Assembly (NCBI GenBank): GCA_963785305.1
Contig: CAWAUV010000007.1
Coordinates: 1,120,001 to 1,184,000, forward strand
DNA length: 64,000 nt
Direction of reading: 5' to 3'
Source of the DNA: an uncultured Planctomycetaceae bacterium
GTDB lineage: Bacteria > Planctomycetota > Planctomycetia > Pirellulales > PALSA-1355
Below, piece after piece: positions 54,096-64,000 of this stretch (its first letter is position 1; every line of letters begins with the position of its first letter). Below the pieces are notes generated by a model that was given only the letters and a program-made list of their open reading frames with translations, was not told where the DNA came from and did not search any database. The position numbers and the translations under genes were made by a program.

Positions 54096-57000
54096 TCAGC
54101 GATTGACAAGCTCGATTCGCAGCGGGGTCTGGCGCGCATTGCGATCGATCGCCAGCAGGAAGCGGTGTTCTCCCGCGGCGAGCGCGAGCGTTAGTTCGGG
54201 CGCCGTGTCAACCCGGGCGCCGTCGACCCACAATTCGAGCCCGGTGGGATCTTCGATCTTGAGTCGCATGCCCCCCGCCACCGGCGCCTCGGCCGTGAAC
54301 TCGACGAACGAGAGCGACCGGTTGCCGAGCGTGATCCGCGACAAATCGGCCAGCGGCAGCGAGCCCGAGACGGTGCTGTAAATCGGTGCGCCGGCAAGCG
54401 TGGCGGCGTCGCGCTGGGCCACCGCGGCCGGGCCATGCGCCTCGAGGTCGCGCGGGTCGATTTTTTTGGAGTCGAGCGCCCGCCAAGTGCGCACGAATCT
54501 GCGCCTTCGGCGTTTGATAGGGCCCTTCCTTGCCCAGTTCCGAGAGGAATCGCACGAGGTCGATCAGTTCCTCGCGCCGCGCGAGGTTCGCGAGCCCGGC
54601 CGGCATCAGCGAATTGGGGCTCACGGCCTGGCTTTCGACCTCGGCCAAGGGCACGGTGATCTCCTTGCCGGTGTTGTCGCGCAGCACAAGCTCTTTCTCC
54701 GTCTTGCGCACCAAGAGCCCCGCCAAGGTTTGCCCGCTCTCGGTGACGACGAGCGTCGTGTGAAAGTTTTCCTTGATCTTCTTGTTCGGATCGAGGATCG
54801 ATTCGACGAGATAGTCGACCGGGTGCTGGCGCCGAAGCTAACCAGATCGGGCCCCACTTTGCCGCCGGCGCCGGCGATCGAATGGCAATTTTGACACTGC
54901 ACGCGCTGCGCGGCGATACACCGCTTCGCCTCGCTCGGCGCTGCCCGAGCGAGTCACATCGGCGACAAGCGTCGCGATTTGCTCGGCGGTCCAGTGGCCC
55001 GCCGCGGGCGTGAGTCCTCCGGCGGCGGTGAGCGCCGCGGAAAGCTCTTTCAGGTCGCGGCCCGCGGCGTTGGCGCGATTCAGCCCGAGGGTAGCGATCG
55101 GCGCCGGGAGCGATTTTTCACGCAGCGCCGCGGCAAGCACGCGCGGTCCTTCCTTGGCCCGCAGCAGCGCGTCGAACAGCAAGGTCAATTCGCCATCGCT
55201 CGGCGCGGGTTCGCCTGGATTTGCATTGCTCGGCGTTGCATCGCCTGGAGCGATGGCCCATATCGCCACCGCGAGCTCGGCGGCCATGCTCAAATCGAGC
55301 GGCACGAGCGCCGTGGCGGCGGCCAGACGCGCCGAAAGCGACTGCTCGGTGCGGCGTGCAGCGCTTCGAGCGTTTTCTTGGCCGCGGGGCTGCCCAAACC
55401 GGCCAAGCCCTGCATGGCGGCCGAGCGCCGATCGAGCGGCGCGGACGCGTCGGTGGCCACCGCGACCAGCGCCGGTTCGGCCGGCGCCCAGCGCCAAGCT
55501 CCGGCGAGTCGCAGCGCTAGTCGGGCAATCCCATCGTTCTTGTCCGTCGCCAGCGGAATGATCGCTTTCAAATCACCAGTCGGCCGCGCATGGCGTTCGC
55601 TCGCCGCCTTGAGCAAGAGCTCAAGCAGCGCGATCTCGCGGGCCGGGTCGCCCTCGGCGAGCGCGATTGCCCGGTCGAACACCACTCGCAACGCGTCGGG
55701 CCCGCCCATCGCCGCCACCGCCGCCAGGGCTCGCGGTTGATCGGTCGCCGTAATCTTGCCGGCTAGAAACAGGTCGACAATCGCCGTCACCGCTTCGGCG
55801 CGCCCGCCGCGCCCAGGGCATATACCGCCCGGTCGATGTGGCCGTCGAAGGTCAGCCGGCCAGCCGTGAATTCGGGCAGCCACGAGGGCGCCAGTTCGCG
55901 CGCCGTTTGCGAAAGCGCATAGTCGAGAAACGAATCCATCGGCCGCTCGAGCGCCCGCATCGCCAATTCCGCCGCGCGAGCATCGCGCAACTGGCGCAGC
56001 GAAGCCACCGCTTCGAGCCGCACTCGCGGGTGCTCGTCGGCCACGCTCGTGGCCAGAAGCTCATACACATCGGGACTGCCCGAAACTGCGCCGACCCCAA
56101 TGATAGAGCACGCGCGTGGCGGCGGCCCGGGCATGAAAGTCGGGCGAGGCCAACACGGCGCGCAACAGGTCCGGCTCGACGACATCGAGCGCCTGGGCCA
56201 GCCACAGCGCCTCGAGCCGCCGGTGCTCGAAGTCGGGATTCTGGGCGTCGAGCTTCGCCACCCATTCCTTCAAGGCCGGCGCCACCGCCGCGGCGCCGCG
56301 CGACTTGAGCACGCGCTTGGCCATGTCGCGCGAATAGGCTTCCGGCTCCGCGAGCACGGCGAGCAGCTCGGGGGTGGACATCGCATCGAACTTTCGCGCC
56401 GCCACGAGCGGGCGCGGCTTATAGACCATGCGCCAGATGCGCCCATGGGTCAAATCGCGCCGCGGATCGCGGAAATCGACTTCGCCATGGTTGATGATCG
56501 GGTTGTAAAAATCGGCGATATACAGCGCCCCATCGGGCCCCAGCTTGATATCCACCGGTCGAAAAGCCACATGATCGCTCGTGAGCAGATCGCCCAGGCG
56601 CGTCGAGGCGAAGCCCGAGCCGTTGTCGCTCAGTTCGAAGCGGGCAATTCGATGTCCGCGAAAATCGTTGGTCACGATCGAGCCGATCCATTCGGGAGGA
56701 ACCTGCCGGCCCGAGAGCACCTCGTGGCTACAAAGCTTGGGCTGCCCGGGATTGAGGCCCGGCAAAATCCGCGGCGGCTCATAAGCGGCGGCGTAGTAGG
56801 CGTCGGGCAGAAGGAAATTGATGCCTTCGACCCCGGCGCCATCGGTGACGAAGGATTGACCCCAGGCGTCGAACTGATGCCCCCAGGCGTTCCACCAACC
56901 GCGCCGAAGACATCCATTTGCAATGTCTCGGGCCGCAGCCGCCAAATGCCGCCGGCCATCAGGCGGCGCACGCCCCAGGGGGTTTCGAGGTGCGTGTGGA

Positions 57001-57637
57001 TATAGACCGACTGGTTCATATACAACAGTCCCTCGGGACCCCAGCGAAAGGTGTGCAGAATATGGTGCGTGTCTTCCGTGCCGAAGCCGGAGAAGAGCAC
57101 TCGCGTCGCGTCGGCGCGGCCATCGCCATTGGTGTCTTTTAGATGCAGCAACTCGGTGGAATTGGCCACAAAGGCGCCGCCATCGCCGGGCGCCACGCCG
57201 GTGGGAATCAAGAGGCCATCGGCAAAGGTCGTCGCTTTGTCGGCCCGGCCGTCGTGGTCGGTGTCTTCGAGCACGATGATCTTGTCGTCGGCCTTCTGGC
57301 CCGGCTTGATCTGGGGGTAGGTGGCGCTCGTGGCCACCCAGAGCCGGCCGGCCGGATCGAAATTCATCTGGATCGGCTTGGGGATCATCGGATCGGCGGC
57401 GAAGAGCGAGATTTCCCAGCCCTCGGCCGGGCGAAACGATTGCTGTTCGAGCGCCGGGTCAGCGTCGGGAATCTCGCTCGCCGCCGGGCCGACAGCCCGA
57501 GTCGGCGTCGCCGCGCCGAGCAGAAGCGCCAGGATCACACCGGCGCGAAGCAGCGCTCGCTTTCCCTTCGCCGCGATCAGGCGTCGCTCGGCGCCCGCAA
57601 GCGTGAACAATCCAAAAGTAAACAGCGGATGAACCAT
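54096..57637 (-). CDS. PVC-type heme-binding CxxCH protein (beta-propeller dehydrogenase-like + HEAT repeats + cytochrome c), multiple frameshifts
   Basis: FAADPMIPKPIQMNFDPAGRLWV, EDTDHDGRAD, FRPVDIKLGPDGALYIADFYNPIINHGE, HPRVRLEAV, CQNCH..GGKVGPDL, SLMPAGL. Confidence 0.88.
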
Positions 57638-57719
57638 AGCGAGTCAATTCCTTGAAAGAGAAAAACGTGCGCCGAAGCGCGGCATGGCTTTTAGCGAGTT
57701 CGTGTCGTGTTTCGATCCG

Positions 57720-57828
57720 AAGGAAGTCTCACGCGCGGGCACGGAGACCGTGGAGCGCGAAGAGCGGCGGCGATCTTCGTCAATTCAATCCATCTCCGCG
57801 TCTCCGCGTCTCCGCGTGAGTCTTCCTT
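57720..57828. repeat. Intergenic inverted repeat with (CTCCGCGT)x3 arm
   Basis: AAGGAAGTCTCACGCGCGGGCACGGAGACCGTGGAG pairs imperfectly with CTCCGCGTCTCCGCGTCTCCGCGTGAGTCTTCCTT. Confidence 0.65.
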
Positions 57829-57861
57829 AATTCCCGCGTGTCGCGCGGTTCGCGCGCTATC

Positions 57862-59148
57862 TCACGGCTTCGCCGCGACCCGCTCGAGCACAAAACGATG
57901 CTCCGGCGGTTTGCGGAGCGCGGCGATTGCTTGTTCCTCGGCGGCGACGAGCGGATCGAACTGAGGCATCTCGACCGCGTTGCGCCCTTGTTCATTCTTG
58001 CGGAAACCGAAGATATAGGTCTCATTGGCCGGGCGGAAGCGATGAAAGAATAGCTCGTTTTTCTTGACGATCGTCGCGCGAAGCCGCTCGGCTTGGGCAC
58101 GATCGGGATCATCGGCAAGCCGCACGCCGGCTGCCCATTCGGCGCCGGTTTTGGTGAGCTCGGTGGCGTGGTCGTCGATGCTGAGCGCATAGCGCTCGCC
58201 GGCCGCGAGCCCCGCCACGGCCAGCACCGGCGGCGGCGGCACAAGCGCCGCGGCGCTCGGCGGCGAGTCGGCCGGTGGCGGCGGCGATGGCAACTTCATT
58301 CGGTTATACGAAAACGCAATTCGCCCCTCGCCTTCGCGGGCGACCGCCGGGCCATGAACATCGATCTCGATCCGGGCCACACGCGTGTCCATCGCGTTCA
58401 ATGAAGCTCCGCTCGGCGAATTAATGAGCGAATCGACGGCCAGCGGCGCCAACCGCCAATAGCCGTAGGCCGTGAAATGCACGCCGTCGTCGGTCAGGAG
58501 CCGGCGCGAATCGGCCGGTTCGTCGGCCAGCAGTGGAAAGAGGTTCATCGTATAGCAGCCGCGCTCCGAGGCGATGTCGAGCAGCCGTTTGCTGTAAAGA
58601 TCGAGTTGGGCGTTGTGGGCCGAGGCGTCGGGCAGGGGAGGGGGGGCCGATTCGCCACGCGGCGGCGTGATGAGCACTACCCGCGCTTTGTGCTGGGCAA
58701 GCAGATCGAGCAGCCGGCCGAGCCCTTTGGAAAACGATTCGAGCCCGGCCTCGCCTTGCCACGACTCGGCCCAACCATAGCCCACCAGCGCTACCGTCGG
58801 TTGGAATTGTTCGAGCGCCGTCGCAAGCCGCTGAAAGCCGCCCTCCGGCTTGTCGAAATACGAACGCGCATCGCCAAACACGGTGTCGCCCGACCAAGCC
58901 AGATTGCGAAACACAGTGTTGCGGTCGGGAAAGCGGCTGACGAGCGCGGTCTCGAGGTAGCCATAGCGCTGATCGCGCTCGAGAAAAGTGGCGCCGATGA
59001 ACACCGCCCGATCGCCATCGCGAAGCTCAAAGGGTTCGCTGGGCGGCGCCGCGGCGAGCGGCCGCGAGTCGGCGATCGCCCCCGCAAACCAACAGGCGAA
59101 GAGAAGGGTCGAAACTACGCGAATCCGAAGAAGCGACGAATTCATCAT
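57862..59148 (-). CDS. Secreted SGNH/GDSL-like hydrolase
   Basis: Signal peptide; GDRAVFIGATFLER, FRNLAWSGDTV, YGWAES, TDDGVHFTAYGY. True start taken near 59148; the upstream part of the 966-aa ORF is antisense to glyQS. Confidence 0.82.
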   Translation of the reverse strand: MMNSSLLRIRVVSTLLFACWFAGAIADSRPLAAAPPSEPFELRDGDRAVFIGATFLERDQRYGYLETALVSRFPDRNTVFRNLAWSGDTVFGDARSYFDKPEGGFQRLATALEQFQPTVALVGYGWAESWQGEAGLESFSKGLGRLLDLLAQHKARVVLITPPRGESAPPPLPDASAHNAQLDLYSKRLLDIASERGCYTMNLFPLLADEPADSRRLLTDDGVHFTAYGYWRLAPLAVDSLINSPSGASLNAMDTRVARIEIDVHGPAVAREGEGRIAFSYNRMKLPSPPPPADSPPSAAALVPPPPVLAVAGLAAGERYALSIDDHATELTKTGAEWAAGVRLADDPDRAQAERLRATIVKKNELFFHRFRPANETYIFGFRKNEQGRNAVEMPQFDPLVAAEEQAIAALRKPPEHRFVLERVAAKP

Positions 59149-59490
59149 GGGAGCCGCAAATTCTGGTATTAGGTGCATATACTCGATGAACGACAAGCAC
59201 GACGCGGGCATCGTCCGGCCCAGCGGCGAGCTGGACAAAATCTGCTTAACTGCTATTCGGTCATGCGCCGCGCCGAAAGTCAAGCGGCAGGGCACACGAT
59301 AGGCGGCTGCGGCGAGCCGCCCTTGGTCTCGTGGCCGCCAATAGAGTTTTGTATCAATAACAGCCAGCGTCGCTACGATCGCCCGCCGCCCGTAGACCCA
59401 GCGCCAGCCGCGGGGTAAACTGCTCGATCTTCCTTTTGCGGCCGGCCCATGGGCTCGGCGCGATTCTTTCAGGCGAGCGGTGCGATTTTT

Positions 59491-61119
<1,629 letters not shown>

Positions 61120-61121
61120 CC

Positions 61122-61615
61122 ATGACCGCCGATGCAAAACCCCGCGTGGGCATCATCATGGGCAGCCAGTCCGACTGGGAAACGCTGCGCCATGCCGCCG
61201 AAACCCTCACGCGCTTCGGCGTGTCCCATGAGTGCCGGGTCGTGTCGGCCCATCGCACTCCGGATTCGATGCGCGAATACGCGCTCGGCGCCGAGGAGCG
61301 CGGCCTGGCGGTGATCATCGCCGGGGCGGGCGGCGCGGCGCATTTGCCCGGCATGGTCGCGGCGCACACGCTGCTGCCGGTCTTGGGCGTGCCGGTCGAG
61401 TCGCATGCGCTCAAGGGGCTCGATTCGCTGCTGTCGATCGTGCAGATGCCCGGCGGAGTTCCGGTGGCGACACTGGCGATCGGCAAGGCGGGCGCCATCA
61501 ACGCCGCGCTCCTGGCGGTGAGCATTCTTTCCGTGAGCGACGCCGCGCTCCGCGAGCGGCTGCGCGAATTTCGCGCGAGCAAACGGCGCGCGTGCTCGAA
61601 GTAAAATTGCCGTGA
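61122..61615 (+). CDS. purE: N5-carboxyaminoimidazole ribonucleotide mutase (frameshift near 3' end)
   Basis: [44 protein letters not shown]. Confidence 0.96.
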
Positions 61616-61622
61616 GACTCCG

Positions 61623-62785
61623 ATGACGCAACTCCCGTCGCCCTCGCATCGCCCGATCCTTCCCGGCGCCACGGTCGGAGTGCTCGGCAGCGGACAACTC
61701 GGCCGCATGTTCGCCATCGCCGCCCGACGGCTGGGCTATCGCGTCCATACATTCTCGCCCGACGACGACACGCCCACCGGCCAAGTGGCCGATGTCGAGA
61801 TTCGCGCCGCCTACGATGATCTCGACCGGGTGCGCGAATTCGCGGCCGGCGTCGATGTGGTGACCTTCGAATTCGAGAATGTGTCAAGCGCCGCCGCCAC
61901 CGCCGCCGCCCAGCGGGCGCCGGTGCGTCCCTCGGGCGAGGTGCTCTACATCACGCAGCATCGCCTCCGCGAAAAAACGTTTTTGCGCGACGCCGGCTTT
62001 CCTGTAACGCCGTTTCGCGCCGTGCGATCGCTCGCCGAGCTCGATGCGGCCATTGCCGAACTCGGTTGCCCGGCCGTGCTCAAAACAGCCGGCTGGGGCT
62101 ACGACGGCAAAGGCCAACGCAAGCTCCTCGCCGCCGCCGACGCTCCCCGGGCCTGGACCGAGCTCGCTACCGACGAAGCGGTGCTCGAGGCCTTTATCGA
62201 CTTCGACCGCGAGCTCTCGGTCGTGGCGGCGCCGCGGACTCGATGGCCAGATCGCCGACTTCGGCGTGTTCGCCAATTCGCATGTGAATCATATTCTCGA
62301 CGTGACCACCGCTCCGGCCGATGTGCCTGACGCGCGTGGCTGCCCAGGCGGTGGCGATCGCTCGCGAGACACTCGCGGCGCTCGATGTGGTGGGCGTGCT
62401 CTGTGTCGAGTTCTTCTTGGGTCGCGATGAACAATTGATGATCAACGAGCTCGCGCCCCGCCCCCACAACTCCGGCCATCTCACGGTCGATGCCTCGCTC
62501 ACCAGCCAGTTCGAGCAACAGCTTCGGGCCATCTGCGGCCTGCCGCTCGGCTCGACCGAAATGCTGCGTCCGGCGGCGATGGTCAACCTGTTGGGCGATC
62601 TGTGGAATGACGGCGTGCCCGATTGGGTCGCCGCCTGCCGCTTTCCCGAGGTGAAACTGCATCTCTACGGCAAGCAGTCCGCCCGGCCGGGCCGCAAGAT
62701 GGGCCACCTGACAGCCCTGGCGTCCACGCCCGGCGAAGCCCGCCGCATGGCGCTTGCCGCTCGCGAGGCGCTCACCGCCCGATAG
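61623..62785 (+). CDS. purK: N5-CAIR synthetase, frameshifts ~62230 and ~62330
   Basis: [59 protein letters not shown]. Confidence 0.95.
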
Positions 62786-62979
62786 ACACGCCGCCTCGAG
62801 CGGCGAGGCGGCGCGATCGGCTAATCGCTCCAGCCGGCGCCGTCCGCGCGATCCTCCCAAAGCGATCGTCCGGGCCAATGCCTTTGTCCGCGCCATCGGC
62901 AATCTTTCGCTTATCGGGCAGGATTCGCAGAACCTCTCATTTTTCTTAACCGCTAAGATTTGACGCGCCCCGGAGTCCG

Positions 62980-63492
62980 ATGCTAAAGCCTGCAATGGAG
63001 CCTTCCCCTCGTTCTGCTCGTCTGCCAAGAAGCGGCAGCGAGCATCACCCCGCCGGAGACTCGCCCGTGCAGAAAACGAAGAAAGCCAGCCCGATCGTCA
63101 CCCTGGATCAGCGGAGCGGCAAGGAACGTCGCGGAACATCGCGTCGTGAGAAGGCGGTGGCCACGCCGGTCGATCGCCGAGTGACCGCTCAGCCGCGGCG
63201 CGAGAAGGTAAATCGTCGGCGGCAGATCGACCCAACGACCTGCGAGCGAGACTACACCGACGACGAAGTCGAGTTCATGCACGCCTTGGATCGCTACAAG
63301 CGGACCAGCGGACGCATGTTTCCCACATGCAGCGAGGTGCTCGAAGTGCTTCGCGATCTTGGCTACCGGAAAGTCGCCGCGGCGGCGAGCGTCGCCATCG
63401 ACCCGGCGCAAAGTTCGGCCAAACAATCGACGAGCGTTCTTGCGGCCGGCGCTTCGGTCGCCTCGGAAGTCGACATGAACGAAGAAGAGTGA
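62980..63492 (+). CDS. Hypothetical protein with a compact C-terminal domain
   Basis: [49 protein letters not shown], recalled as a planctomycete-conserved motif; start uncertain. Confidence 0.7.
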   Translation: MLKPAMEPSPRSARLPRSGSEHHPAGDSPVQKTKKASPIVTLDQRSGKERRGTSRREKAVATPVDRRVTAQPRREKVNRRRQIDPTTCERDYTDDEVEFMHALDRYKRTSGRMFPTCSEVLEVLRDLGYRKVAAAASVAIDPAQSSAKQSTSVLAAGASVASEVDMNEEE

Positions 63493-63609
63493 TCGCCCGC
63501 CGGATCGGCCTCGCTGAGCATTGCTCTCCTCGATACGCGAGGCATCGGGCAAATGAAGTCGCCATCCGCCCCAAACACGGGGGAAGGACACATTCGTCGG
63601 CTCCGGCGG

Positions 63610-64000
63610 CTAATACCCGCCGGAGCCGCCGCCCATTCCCGTGGCGCTATTGGGCCCGATGCCGGTCGGACCATTGGGACCGACCTGCAACTGCTGATAG
63701 CCGGGCGACGGATCGATCGGCTCGGCGCCGGATTCCCATTCGTTGCCGGCCGAGCCGCGCATGCCTTCAACGCCATTGCGCGGCAATGTGTCGACATTGC
63801 CAACCGGCTTTGGTCTGCCCGGAAACAAATTGGGAAACCACTGTCGCCGCGGGGCAGGGGGGGGCAGCGGTGGCGTGGCTTGCGTGGCCTGACGCAGATT
63901 TTCGGCCCGCCCCAGCAACTGCTCGGTCGGCACGATCACCTGCGGCTGAAGTTGATAATCGAGCACGCGCTCATCGCGAATCTCGCCCGGAATCAAGTTC
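63610..64000 (-). CDS. C-terminal part of a hypothetical protein running off the window
   Basis: Open frame to the window edge: IPGEIRDERVLDYQLQPQVIVPTEQLLGRAENLR followed by a Pro/Gly-rich tail. Confidence 0.6.
   Translation of the reverse strand, partial: NLIPGEIRDERVLDYQLQPQVIVPTEQLLGRAENLRQATQATPPLPPPAPRRQWFPNLFPGRPKPVGNVDTLPRNGVEGMRGSAGNEWESGAEPIDPSPGYQQLQVGPNGPTGIGPNSATGMGGGSGGY

Overview
High-GC bacterial DNA, most consistent with a Planctomycetota (Pirellulales-like) genome. The markers are a planctomycete-style nuo operon, a PVC-type heme-binding dehydrogenase, a PEP-CTERM protein and an alpha2-type GlyRS. Many housekeeping genes (nuoG/J/L/M/N, mrp, argC, pepP, purE, purK, RND pump) are split by single-base indels, often in G/C runs, which I read as sequencing or assembly error rather than pseudogenisation. 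Core content in order: a TIM-barrel protein, an M20 peptidase, a full nuoA-N operon, a degenerate NtrC-like regulator, an Mrp/ApbC ATPase, an RND efflux pair, a LarA-like protein, a large AsmA-like protein, argC-argJ, pepP, a ~1650-aa PEP-CTERM beta-helix protein, a heme-binding dehydrogenase, an SGNH hydrolase, glyQS and purEK. Accessory content is an ISL3 element (37174-38617) and an AT-richer island between argJ and pepP (~41.3-46.8 kb). The island holds a MITE, a RAYT transposase relic, a complete IS701-like element and a translationally coupled three-gene operon: a ParB/Srx-like NTPase, an Mrr-like PD-(D/E)xK nuclease and an alpha-class amino (likely N4-C) methyltransferase. This operon is the best candidate for an undescribed system, possibly a ParB-clamp-assisted restriction-modification defence module. 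All family assignments come from motifs recognised by eye; no searches were run.
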